Origin: Utricularia gibba
Taxonomy: Eukaryota > Plantae > Magnoliophyta
NCBI GenBank assembly: GCA_002189035.1
Contig: CM007991.1
Coordinates: 2,232,001 to 2,296,000, forward strand
Length of the DNA stretch: 64,000 bases
Reading direction: 5' to 3'
In this document: positions 27,487 to 39,343 of the stretch, in pieces
Layout: each line of letters starts with the position of its first letter
How positions within the stretch are numbered: position 1 is the stretch's first letter
The notes under the pieces: model-generated
What the model was told of the DNA's origin: nothing
The model's input: the letters and a program-made list of their open reading frames with translations, nothing else
The model's database searches: none
Position numbers and translations under genes: made by a program

Positions 27487-30465
27487 CTAATGGCATTCGG
27501 ACATGGACAAGCTTGCCTTCGGCTGGCCAAATCTGGTGTTTTTCCAGCAGTGGATCTTCAGCAACTCCCTTATGCTGCTGACACAAAGAGGAAGATGGTG
27601 ATAAAGCTACTCACTGAAATCCTGGAGCGAGCTTCTAGTGCTTACCCATGCTTCCCTTTGCCTCTGTGGGGTTCCTCCCCTTTCTGCAACGCTGCCTCGT
27701 TGAGCACCGTCGTTCCGATGGTCAGCGCATTCCCATCGTTGCTCCGAATGATTTTCAGAAGCCCCTTTCCATGGTGTCGGCAGCCGGAGGTGCACGCTTC
27801 GACATAGCTATCCCTGGTTGGAAGTCCAGTTATAGCGTTGAGTTCACTCTCTGCGGCGGCGAGCTGATGAGTTTTCTTTGTGCAGTTGAATAAGCTGAAA
27901 TATGGCTTCTTCAGCGTGGACGTGTTGCTTGCAAGGTGTATTCTCAGCTCCACATTGTACCCCAGGAGATGTTGAAGTGCAGCAGCTATCACTTTCCATG
28001 ATTTTTCTGCGTTGGAGACGTAGTCCGGGGAATCGAACTCCAGCTCCGCCACTGCTACTCCTGCATCTGGAGAAGTCTCTAGCTCTGCAGCCGTCAGATG
28101 GGGGAAGATATTCAAGAAAGTGGGAGGGGAGGAATCGGAGTTACCATGTGCAATGCTGATGGACACCAACTTTCCTCGCTTCCGGAGAAACCTCTTGAGA
28201 GAACTAGAAGTGCAAAGCCCGATGGCTCTCCTCCAAACAAGCTCCAGAGTTTCCTTGTCATGCTGCATTCCCAGTCCTATTCCCTGTTCAAAATCCTCAG
28301 ACGCATACGGAACAGGGTGCTTGAAGCTTTCGCAATTCGAAAACGTACTCCGAAAGTCACCATCTGCAGATTTCATCAGAAAAGGGAGTAACAATGGCTC
28401 TTTGAGGGATTGAACAAAGCTGCTGTCATGCTCACCTTGAGGCTGTGAACGCATGCTCATTCGAGGATCGCTTTCATGAGGGGATCCAACGTAGCTTAGC
28501 TGGAGAAGAGCAGCAGTGAGCCATGTGATCTGATTCTTGGATGCTCTCAGCTGCTTTTCAGCTTGGGACAGCATTTTCAGTGCCTGATTTAGCTGCTGCA
28601 CGTTGGCTTCAGCTGTTGGCATAAATGAACCGTGAAAACAGACATCAGCGAATGACTGCAGGCAGCTACAAACTTACACATATCAGTTCCGAAAAGTCTT
28701 GTTCCAGCATCCAGAACTTGTCCATCCGTGCATTTTCCAGCAAGAATGTCCATTATGAGATTTGCTAGCTGAGCAACGAGCTGCAAGGGATCAATTCTAG
28801 AGCTCATCAGGTCTCTGGCCTTCTTCACGGTGTTCGGAGCATCGCAGGACAGAGCGACACGGAGTAAATCGAGCAATTCTTCGTCCGAAACAACTCCACT
28901 CTGCAGGAGAATGAATGTCAGGTTGAATATCTGGAATCCAATCAAGTAAAAATAACAACTTTGCTGCTTACAATTTCATAAACCAACGACAAGGTGATCT
29001 TCCTTCCCAGCAAACTCAATTGATCAAGTGTCATCTCTGCGTCCCGTAAAGAGCCATTTGATTTTGTTGCTATGAAGTTCAAAGCATCTTGGTCAAAGTC
29101 GAGGCCTTCCACAATGCATATCTTCTCCAGCATTCCAATGATATCTCCTTCTTTAATCTTCTGAAAATGGAACTTCTGAGCCATTGATATCACAGCACGG
29201 GGAAGCATATCAAGGCTAGGAGTGACCATTATGAAAACCACATTAGGAATTAGCTCCTCAAGACAGCTGAGGAGAGCCATCCATGTTTCGCGTTGAAGCA
29301 GATGGCATTCATCGATGATGTAGACCTTGAATCTCGACAAAACCGGAGGAATTCCCATGTTCTTGATGAATGATCTGCACAGTTCCTGTTTATTCATTCT
29401 GATTGGATCAACTTCCTTGGCATCCCTACTCCGTCCTGAGAAGAACAAGACACATTCTTGGCACATGCCGCATGGCTTGCTGACTTCATCAGAGTGACAG
29501 TTTAAAGCAGCTGCAAATATCCTTGAAGCAGAGGATTTTCCTGTTCCACGAGGCCCATGGAATACATAGAGAGAACTTATCTTCTGGTTACATATTGCAT
29601 TCAGCAGAGAAGCTGCTATAGCATTCTGTCCAACCAATTCTTTGAATGTTCTTGGTATGAACTTTTGACAAAGATTACCATTTCCGTTGCGTCTCCAATC
29701 CATCTCGTCCCCGTTTTGCATTAGATTCCCTGATTTTCCTGACAGCAGAGGCCATTCTTCCGCATCATGGAGAAGATCAGAGTCTCTATATTTCATGTTT
29801 CTTGACCAGAAGCTGCTTAAACCACAACCTTGACGACAGGACTCCACTCCAACATCCTTGCTTCGATAAATAGGAACGGGACTTCGAACAGCCGATAGTC
29901 GATTTGGAGCTTCACCGTTTAGCAGGAAAGGACTTCCAGAGCAGCTCCTCAAATCAGTGGATTTGCGTCCAGCATTGTAGAATGAACCATTACAGTATGC
30001 TGGATCAAGTTGGCTAAGTATTTCATTTTCATCACAAGATGCTTCACCTTCATCAAAATCTTTGCAATATTTCTTCTCGCATTCCTCATGATCCATCTCT
30101 TCACCGAAAAGACATGCATTCGAGTGTTCGGATCTTAGGAAAACTCCATTTCCAGTTACATCCCTTGCGTACTTGGGAGACAATGGACGAGGATTACACA
30201 CTGTTCGCTTGTAATATGGTTCATAATCACTGACATTCTGCCCACAACTTTTCCCCAGGCAAGCATTTTTCTCATCTCTATGAAAGCTGGTTTCAAACCC
30301 AGAAAAGTTGGCAGTGGAATAGGGCGTTTCACAATTCAAGCTGTCAACTAAGGCTGAGACTCTGCTCATGGAATTGGTGGCCGGATCACGAAGAGATCTT
30401 ACTCTCCGGAGAGCCACTAGCGTTCTAGCTATAGGAAGATCAACAGAATGGCGGCGGCCCTCCAT
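27487..30465 (-). CDS. STICHEL-like protein (AAA+ DNA polymerase III gamma/tau homologue), 4 exons
   Basis: MEGRRHSVDLPI start; Walker A GPRGTGKS; Zn motif C-x-PCGMCQEC; Walker B YIIDECHLL; GSLRDAEMTLDQLSLLG; the last exon (IHCWKNTRF...TAG 27487) is less certain. Confidence 0.9.
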
Positions 30466-31177
30466 TGCTTTGAAAAGCTACTGAAGATTGAACAACATTG
30501 GAAAGCTAGCAGCGGTTGATCACAATGGGAAAGTCAACCTGAAAAGCACCAAATCTAGCTGATAACCACCAATACGGAAATCCATTACAAGAAGTTACAC
30601 AGTCAGTAATGAAAAGAGGCAAGTAATGGAATTATCATTGAGAAATAAAAGTAGATGCACTTCAATTATTGAACTTCATTCACTCTGCTAAATCATAGGA
30701 GATTCATCGTCCAGAGGCATACATTTTGAACAAAAACGAACTAGCTTTCCTCTAGGAGCAAACACGAATCAAAAAGTTGAAACCACATATTCACCCAGAA
30801 AACAAAAGAGTACTCACTACCCACCAAAAAATCCACAGAAACAAGCATTTTTTGGAAAAGCACAAGCAATCTTATCAGAGTAAAACGTACGATAAAACAA
30901 AAGAAAGAATCTTGAAACAGAGGGAGACCATTTTTTCGCCCTTATCATTGTCCGCATTTGAAAAGCAAGATAGAGAAAATGACAACACCGAAGCAGTGTA
31001 TGGAGAAAAAAACGCACATAACCCATCTGAGGATGAAGAAGCAGCACCACATCGAGCGAATTTTGTCTGCATATCGGTGAAAAAACAAGACCCACCAGCA
31101 AAAAACTCTCCGCCAAGAATTCCATATATTTAAACATATATATACATACACAAGCGCATCACAGAAGGCAACGGATC

Positions 31178-31464
31178 ATGGTGGTGTCTCGGGGCTGGTG
31201 CTCGAGGTGGCGGTGGTCAGTTACAATAGTAAATAACATTAATGGCCAAAGGTGAAATGCACGCCAACCTTATTCTTTTTACAGCTAAACGCATTTTCGC
31301 TACATCTTTTCGGAAACCCATTCCCAGAAACTTGTCTTGTTTCCAGTATTATTTATCATTTATGGGGAAGCTGTTCTCTTGCCTGCAGGTGCAAATGCAG
31401 AGCTTTGGCTATTTGTGTTGTTTCACTCATGTACGCTTTCGCCTTCGAGGCTATGGAGCCCTGA
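31178..31464 (+). other. Putative spliced divergent transcript / small ORF (49 aa after removing intron 31252-31388)
   Basis: AG|gtgaaa donor, U-rich 137-nt interval, ttctcttgcctgcag|G acceptor; splicing fuses ATG 31178 to an ORF ending at TGA 31462-31464. No family recognised. Confidence 0.3.
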
Positions 31465-32102
31465 CAACCCCCCCCTCTTATAGCATCGAGGGCTTCTTTG
31501 GGAATTTCACTTCTGACAGTCTGCCGGGAAACCGCAGGGACCGGACAGACTTCCCAGCGGCGCGTACATCCACGCGCGCCAGTGAACAGCCGGCCACAAT
31601 TAACACGTGAGCTGTTGTGGTCTCATATTCTGTTTTCGTACAACTCGGTGTGATGACATTTTGCAAGATAATGAGGCGTTTTCAAGTCCCACTGTTGCAT
31701 TAGGTGAAGCAAACTTATCAATGTCCCACAACCCATAAACACACAAGACTTCAAGACGAAGGCTGAGTTTCTGTGTTTCCCGATTCTAGACGCCATTCTC
31801 AGTTGCCGGCCATCAAGCTCTTGTCAAGTTCGGATGAAAGAAGAATAAGTTGAACAGACAAGGGAAATGTGAGAGGTTCATTTTGGCAACTGGAGACCCG
31901 ATCATGATCCCCGCCTGAACATTTGAACCCGACCCCATAAAATTCTGTATCTGCAAAGCAGTGATCTCCTCTTGATTTTTCTAACATTGTATAGCAACTG
32001 CTATTCTGATATCGATAACTTGGGGTTTGATTCTCAAGACTGCAATTCATGACCAGGAACAATCAAAATGGCAGGCATGTTATTTATTCATCTCTTGGAT
32101 AA

Positions 32103-32315
32103 TTAGCCTGCTCCTTGAAGGCGTGCGTCCCACTTGCAGAGCTCGAAGCTGCTGTGCTTGTCCTGAATGAACCACCCATCAATCGTCTTGCCGTTTTCCG
32201 TGTAAGCCTCTGCCTCGCCGTCGTGCTCGAGCTTCTTGAAAGCCTCAGGTCCGCGGCTGTGCTCAGGAGCGGACGTCTCGTCGGACGTCGTGGAAGACGA
32301 TCTGTGTGTGGTCAC
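32103..32315 (-). other. Orphan GC-rich open frame without ATG, preceded by an acceptor-like sequence
   Basis: 70-codon frame ...PEAFKKLEHDGEAEAYTENGKTIDGWFIQDKHSSFELCKWDARLQGAG*, preceded by tctcttctttatag; no family recognised. Confidence 0.25.
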
Positions 32316-32364
32316 TATAAAGAAGAGAATCTAGCCTGACGGGTCTATGGGTCACTGGATCGAT

Positions 32365-32418
32365 GGCCCATTAGATTTGGGCTCGTGTTCGCCGATTCCG
32401 GCCCACTTTCAAACCCTA
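32365..32418 (+). promoter_or_regulatory. Ribosomal-protein gene promoter module: three site II motifs (GGCCCA/TGGGCT) plus telo-box AAACCCTA
   Basis: GGCCCA 32365, TGGGCT 32378, GGCCCA 32400, AAACCCTA 32411-32418; this site II + telo-box combination is established for plant ribosomal protein genes. Confidence 0.75.
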
Positions 32419-32506
32419 GAATCTGAAATGACTTTTATTTTCTCTCAAACTCTGCAAGATCATACCTTCCTCAGTTTGCGCAGCGGCCGACGAGTGATCA
32501 GAAGAA

Positions 32507-32947
32507 ATGACGACCCGATTCAAGAAGAATAGGAAGAAGCGCGGCCATGTCAGTGCTGGTCACGGCCGAATCGGGAAGCATAGGAAGCATCCCGGTGGAC
32601 GCGGTAACGCTGGAGGAATGCATCACCACAGGATTCTCTTCGACAAGTATCATCCTGGGTACTTTGGAAAGGTGGGTATGCGTTATTTCCATAAGCTCCG
32701 GAACAAGTTCTTCTGTCCTACAGTCAACGTCGATAAGCTGTGGTCGATGGTGCCTGCGGAAGTGAAGGAAAAGGCGTCGGAGGGGAAAGCGCCGCTGATC
32801 GACGTCACGCAGTTTGGGTACTTCAAGGTGCTGGGCAAGGGTTTGTTGCCGGAGGGTCAGCCCATTGTAGTGAAGGCGAAGCTCGTTTCTAAGAACGCTG
32901 AGAAGAAGATAAAGGAGGCGGGAGGCGCTGTTTTTCTCACTGCATAA
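32507..32947 (+). CDS. RPL27a: 60S ribosomal protein L27a (uL15), intronless CDS
   Basis: [59 protein letters not shown]. Confidence 0.99.
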   Translation: MTTRFKKNRKKRGHVSAGHGRIGKHRKHPGGRGNAGGMHHHRILFDKYHPGYFGKVGMRYFHKLRNKFFCPTVNVDKLWSMVPAEVKEKASEGKAPLIDVTQFGYFKVLGKGLLPEGQPIVVKAKLVSKNAEKKIKEAGGAVFLTA

Positions 32948-33864
32948 TTCGACTTTCTGATTAATCCACTTCTGATCTGCATGCTTTTTTTTTGTTTTTA
33001 TCCTTGTTACTGCTGGACGAAATTAAAGGTTCTCCTTTTTTCCGTTTGGAAGCCATCAAGCTGTTCATTAGATCATTATGAACTTGTTGCGTTTTTATGG
33101 TTTCCTAATCTTAAATCGTTGGTTCCATGTTTACTCATTGATTAAAATGTGTTCTTGTCGCAGTTTGTCACTGAGTTTATTTGATGAAGCTGTAACATGC
33201 GGTGCTAGAAACATTTGCACTTTGTCTTCTCAGTTTTATGTTGGATTCTGTGCTGCTCGTTATCCACCATTCTGAAGAGTTCAAAGTGACTTATGCGCTT
33301 ATTCGTTGCTTCAATAGATTAGTATGTCAAATGAACGTTACTGTAGATGTATGATGAACTTCAGTTAGCACCGCTTGATTCAACATAATCATCAATTGTT
33401 GTAATCTGTCCTGAACTTGGCCATTCATATATATAAGTTTGGGATCATTGAGCTGTGTGTTAGTTGCTGATGGTCATTCTGGTTATGTTGATGGACTTGA
33501 GTGAGCTTTGTCCAAAGTAATCTTCCGTTGATCCCATGCCATGTACATTGAAGGTTGAGGTTATTTGTTTTGTGTATCTGATGAACAAGAGTGAGAAATT
33601 TATGGTGGCTGAATTCTCTCTCCATGGAACTTTGTGGACAGTTTTGTTTGGTCTTCTTCCCCTTCTTCGTGTGAGTCCGGTTAACCTCATCCAGCCACTT
33701 CCTTTTCCTGTAATATACAAAGAAGCTTTATACAAGTACAGTGCACTGTAAATACAATAGATATGCAAGGTGATCGGGTTGGTGGTCTGATCGGTCGGCA
33801 CGGCCCGGCCCGTTTTTGAAAAATGACCATTTGCAAATGGGCAATCCTTTACTGGAAGTGAGAT

Positions 33865-36126
33865 ATGGCGGAAAATGGTGAGAAGATTGAAGATACCGAC
33901 TGTGTGTTCCAGTGGGATGAAAGCTCCCAACTATATTATCACGCCAGGTTCTATCATTTCTCGAATTTCGGGGATTCCTGATTTGTAGCAACTATTTCAT
34001 TTTGAAACAAGAAGTCGGGAACTCCAAGCCCTATTGTGGGTATGCCAACAGCATTGGGCGAGAAGTTAATCTGATTGCGTTTTCGCCCTTCCTTTGTAGT
34101 ACTGGGTTTTATCATGACCCACAAGGCGGATGGTACTACAGCAGCAGAGATGGACTTTATTACAAATTCGAGGATGGGAACTACGTGCTTCTTGAATCCG
34201 ATCAGGTTTTGCTTGATGCCTATTGATTATTAGGAATGTGGGATTTTTTTTTATCTTAATTCTTTGGAGGCTGCTGACAATGGATCGTGTATTGATTGCT
34301 GTGTCTCAGGCAGTTGATGCAGCCGAAATTGTTGATGCTGACACCAGGCTGGAAGCATCTGAGTCTCGAATGATCCTGCAAGATGTCCAAGGCGAGCCTT
34401 TACTAGGTGAAGAGTTGAACCTTTTAATTTTTACTTAACGTTCTATAATGACTGAAAGTGCCTGGTTGTTTCATTCTTGCGTTATCTGAATGTAGACAGA
34501 CTCTTCAAAGCTTGAAAGCGGCTCCTCTTCGGATTATCCACCTCCAACATCAGAATGGTTAGCCATTACTCTTGTTTTTACCGTGTTATTTTTTGTGTCA
34601 TAAAGGGAACTGTAAACGGTATTGCATGCAGGTTGGAAGACGCTTTAATTGATATCTTTCTGGCTGCAAATTCCAATCGAGCGACTCAGTCTTCTGATGT
34701 GCAAATGCTTGAGGGCAGAACTATACTAAATGCCACCGATCATGGTTTTCGTTATTGTCTTTCTCACGTTTTCATTATCAGCGGCCTTCCATGCAAAAGG
34801 GTTCTCATAAAGGTGTTTTCTGACCTTCAGAAGAGAATGATATTGAAGATTTAGAAGAAGGTGAATGGATCCCTGATGACCCTGATTTTTGGGTGAATTT
34901 TAGTGATAAGATCCTGGACGAAGGTATGGTTGCCTTCTTTTTGTTATTGATGTAATATACAGAGTTTGATTAGTACTTGTTCCAGGTGTATCTGAGGAAG
35001 AAGAAATTTGGCGGGCTCAGTTTGGCCAAGCAAGTCAATCAGATGAAGATTTGCTGGCAGCTTTGCAGGCTGTTGATTTATGGGACTGGGCTTTAGTCAG
35101 AGGGACTAAAAAAGACAGGAAAACAGGGGTAAGTAGGCTAATTGGCAGACTCACAAAACGTTCTGTGAAGCTTCATCCATCAGTCCCTTCTGGAGGCAGA
35201 ATACTGAAAACTGCACCCGTATGTGAAGTGCATCTTGATATGGTTCGAGTAACATCAGGCCGTGTATACAGATTGAGAACTCCTAACTTGCAACATTTGG
35301 CTTCGGTTCCGGCTTATGATGCTTCTAATCCAACTAAAGATTGGGGATTTCCGGAATTGTCCACAAAGACAGATATAGAAATTTTGCCAAGCATTGATCA
35401 TCCACCTGAATTTGAAAACACTGAAATTCTTCAACACCAAGATGACACATCTGCTTTAGCAGCGACGCCCAGGCCATGCACGAAGGTATGACAAGATAAA
35501 TTATTTTCATCCCTTTTAGGCTGGACACTACATGGAGTTAGGAACCTTTTATCAGGGTTTTCTTTTAATCATTAGACATCAACAGCTTTTGCACTCTTCA
35601 AAAGGACATCCTTTTTCACTTTGATATATTTAGCAAGTCATTATTCTGAGTGTTGTTGCTTACATGCTTGTAAGTGCAGGATGTCAAATACCGTGATAGA
35701 GCTGCTGAGAGAAGAGCTTTGCATGGTGGATTTGGTGTAGGACCAGGACAAAAACATGAGCTTAGGAGTACGGATTCAGCTCCTACATCGCCTACTAATC
35801 CGGAAGAGGCAGCTGCGGAGTCATTGAGCATTTCATTCGGAGCTGGAAGTTATGCTAGGAAACTTCTCGAGTGCATGGGCTGGAAAGAGGTATGCACAAG
35901 TATTTACCAACTAACGCTCCTGCAAGAACTCCAGTATTAGGCAACCAAATTGCCCAACAGAAATCCCAATAGTTTTTTACTTCCCATCCGGTCACAAGAT
36001 GTTGGCAATGGTTCTTTACAGGGGGAGGCACTTGGTAGCAGCATGAAGGGCCTGACAGAGCCACTGCGAGCCACTGGTAATAAGGGGACTGCAGGGCTGG
36101 GTTGGGAATGCAAAAGGTACACCTAG
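33865..36126 (+). CDS. OCRE- and G-patch-domain protein (D111/G-patch family), about 9 exons
   Basis: OCRE aromatic repeats FQWDESSQLYYHASTGFYHDPQGGWYYSSRDGLYY; KYRDRAAERR; G-patch GSYARKLLECMGWKEGEALGSSMKGLTEPL...GLGW; TAG 36124-36126. Confidence 0.88.
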
Positions 36127-36951
36127 AGAGAGGCTCCATACAAGATTGCTGCCTGTTCTATACTCTGCCTTCTTAAGCAGCCCTTGTCTTCAAATTTCTC
36201 TTCAAATTTTGTGTACAGCAATCTGCTGGTTGCTTGTAGGCTCTGTAGTAGCTGCCTGTTGGATTGCTACATTTTCCTCAAGGGGATTTTTTCACGCTAA
36301 CGTTTGCGGAGGGCGTATGGGACTACTCTGAGACCCAACAAAAAGAAGAAAAAAAAATGGAAAATGAAAGAGACTAGAGAAATCATACAGGAAAATTATC
36401 GTGGGGTAATATGTAGAGATAAAGTGAATTTCTTCAAAAACCCTAATTTCACTCTTGTCGTTCTGCCCCCCTTATCTCTCATTCTATCCAAAAACTGTCC
36501 CCAATTGTAGCACGAAGGCAACCCTGGGAACCAGGAAATCCTCGAAGTTTTACGCTAAAGAGGCTCGTGGTCTATGAAAGTCATCGTTAAGTACGATCTC
36601 ATGCCGTAAAATGATTCGTTGATTTGTTCCGCAAATTTGTTGCATCGTTTCTTATGTGGGTTTGCCTTCTAACCTTTTTTTTTTGGAGGTTTTTGTTGGT
36701 TCCTGAACCTGTGTTCTGTTGGGAGGTTTGTGTTTTTCTATCATTATGGGAAATGGGACTCCTGCTATTTCGTGTTATTTGGAATACGGATTTCTCAATA
36801 GTGTTTAGGGTCTCGATGTTTGGGAAGTACAGCGCTTGAATGTAATCTGCTAGATGAAGGGGTCAAGATGAACTCTTTTGTTACAGGGTTTATGTTTTTT
36901 CGCGTGCAAGCGAACACTGCAGGTGATGCTTGGCTGCATAAAAAGTAGAAG

Positions 36952-38385
36952 ATGGCATTGGCAACAAATCATTTGCAGGCAATGAAAAAAAATCTCTCTC
37001 TGAAGTTCCTATTTTTCTTTCTTCTGCTCCTTGATCGATCAGAAAAATCTAAAAAATCATTTTGTTATTTTACTCAGGGATCCTATGAAATTTTTGACTT
37101 GTTTCCCCGTTCATCATGGCGCCGAGGGAGTGTGAGGAAATATTCTCTCCCTGTGACCCATCTGTCTGGGAGAAAGGAAAGATGTATCTCCTTGAAGTGG
37201 AGATCTTGTTCAAGGTGAAAGGCTTGATTTTTCCTTTTATGGTTTCAGATACTCGTATGTTTTCAGGTTCGTGACTTGGCCTTGTTTTTTGACTTTTGGA
37301 AACCAGAAAGTACTGATTCTTTGTCGGTACATTTTGTGCGTCTGTAATTTTTGCAATGTTTGTTGGCTTCTAGACATATGGTTCCCAAAATGAAGTTACT
37401 TAAATACTTTATTTTCAGTGTAGGATCTACTCGTGCTTTTGGATCGAAAGCAAAATCAAAATCGTTTAAGATATCAGCATTTAAAGGCAGTGCTCGGGAT
37501 GAAAGTTCGTCTGGCAGAACCAATGGGTCGTTTGTAAAGAATCCTACTAAAGAAGTTTTCCTTCATCAAAAGAGTGAAGAAGCATGTTCTGAATCTTCAA
37601 TGGTTCAAAATGCTGTTCCTACTCCATACTCAGCATCAGATGAGACAACTACCAGGTCACGGGCTATACAAGCTTTATTTAGGAAATGGTTAATTCTGTT
37701 GCGTACTCCATCCGAATCTCAACCAATTGAGAGCACAGTAGAACAGTCCTCTTCAGTTGCGACACACGAAATGCCAAAGGACATTGAGAAGCAAAAACAT
37801 GATCAACTTTTGAAGACAATTTGGTGTTCCTTCATGGGTTTGGATGCAGCAATAAGGATACCTTTGGTATTGTTGTAAGTATGGATGCCGCCATAAATTT
37901 CCCTTTGAATGTGTTTGTTATGACCTGGTTTTTTATTTGTTAAGGTTATTATGTTGCGTTTCCCTTGCAGCCCCTCAGCCTACTCCGCCATCAACCTGTT
38001 TTACGGCTCTGAAGTATCCAGAGAACTGGCTCCTTTGTGGGTCATTGGGCCTCTAGTCATGGCTGTTTACATAAAGGCGTGTCAGATCATAGTCAGTCTC
38101 TATGCACGGATCTTCAGGGAGACCATCAAAATATTCAATAACTTTCCAAATTACTGCCTCTTGATACACCAGTACCTCTTTGGTGGAAAGCTAAAAGAGG
38201 CCATGCAAAAACACCTGTGGCAGCCCATAGTGGATATCAAGAACATGGATTACAAGAAGGCGACAGTGGAGAAAATGAAGGTCTTGCTAGAGTGGTTGCT
38301 GGACAAGTACCTGGATTTTGTGGAAGCAATATGGCCTTATTATTGTAGAACAATCAGGTTTTTGAAGAGGGCAAATCTTTTATAG
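36952..38385 (+). CDS. Uncharacterised plant (probably plastid) membrane protein, 4 exons, first intron GC-AG
   Basis: MALATNHLQ|GSY..., basic transit-like N-terminus, FKISAFKG, LFRKWLILLRT, ELAPLWVIGPL, conserved-looking end WPYYCRTIRFLKRANLL*. Confidence 0.8.
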
Positions 38386-39343
38386 ATTTGGATCTTCCCT
38401 CTTGGAGAGCTGCCCAACTCACCTGAAACAATCCAGTTTCTACTGTTTTGGGTGATCACTGGAACTATGTTCGGCTGCCTATGTATAACAGATCCAAACG
38501 GAAAGAGTTTAAAGTATTCTCAGTCTCTGTTTTCACTTCCTCCATTCATGTACAAGTTTTCCAAACAATTTCAATATCTGTTTTTTTTTCTTCTTCCCTG
38601 ATGCCTGCTCTATATTCACATAATTGTGAACCTATCAGAAGTTTCTGAACATCTATGAGCTGATCTCAGTTGAATGGACAAGAGGAGTGCTGATGTTGGA
38701 AGGGTCCTGTAGCATTCCCTTCCCTCTACTCTGCTGATGTAGAGAGGGACCAATAGGAGCATATTTATGCACCTTTCAAAGTTCAAACCCTTTTTGCTTA
38801 GGGCAATGACTGAGTAACATGTGTGATTGAAAACCAAGAAATGCTTATTCTCTTTAAAAAGATTGAGGTTTGCAGGTTCTTCTGTATTAGAAACGTTTCT
38901 TGAATTTGTTTCTTCGAATTATTCTTATAAAATTTCAACTTTATAAAATTATTTGACTAAATAGGAGAGCAACCTCGTTATCCAACGAACTCCATCGCAG
39001 GCTCTCCAGGAACTCTGTCGAGTCTGAGCAATCATCTCAGGAGGGTTTCGTGTTGGGAATGGGGTGGAAAGAGGAGGAAGGATTGATTCTGTGGTGGCCA
39101 TGGGATGATGCATCCTGATGCGATTGCGGGGACTTCAATCTGAAGGATTGAACCGGCGAGATGCTATCATCACCCTCATACTCGTACAACACACAAAGCT
39201 GTTGAACTTGGAGCGGGTTTCATGTACTTCATTGTGACCACTCCTCGGAACCAAACAAGCCACAGCGATGAATCGCAGCAAGTATATGAACATTGACATG
39301 AATGCTGGCTATCTATCACGATTTTGATCATGCTTGATGACAT

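Noticed and set aside
30777-31151. Overlapping 65-118 aa ORFs upstream of STICHEL-like
   Set aside because: Low-complexity T/C-rich leader or intron sequence; no recognisable family and biased composition.
33460-33930. 156-aa minus-strand and 71-aa plus-strand ORFs between RPL27a and the G-patch gene
   Set aside because: No motifs; they overlap the G-patch promoter and first exon, and are probably chance ORFs.
38950-39300. Short ORFs (50-54 aa, one with a hydrophobic start) just downstream of the B55 stop
   Set aside because: They start within about 50 nt of the B55 stop (3' UTR) and have no known peptide-hormone motif.
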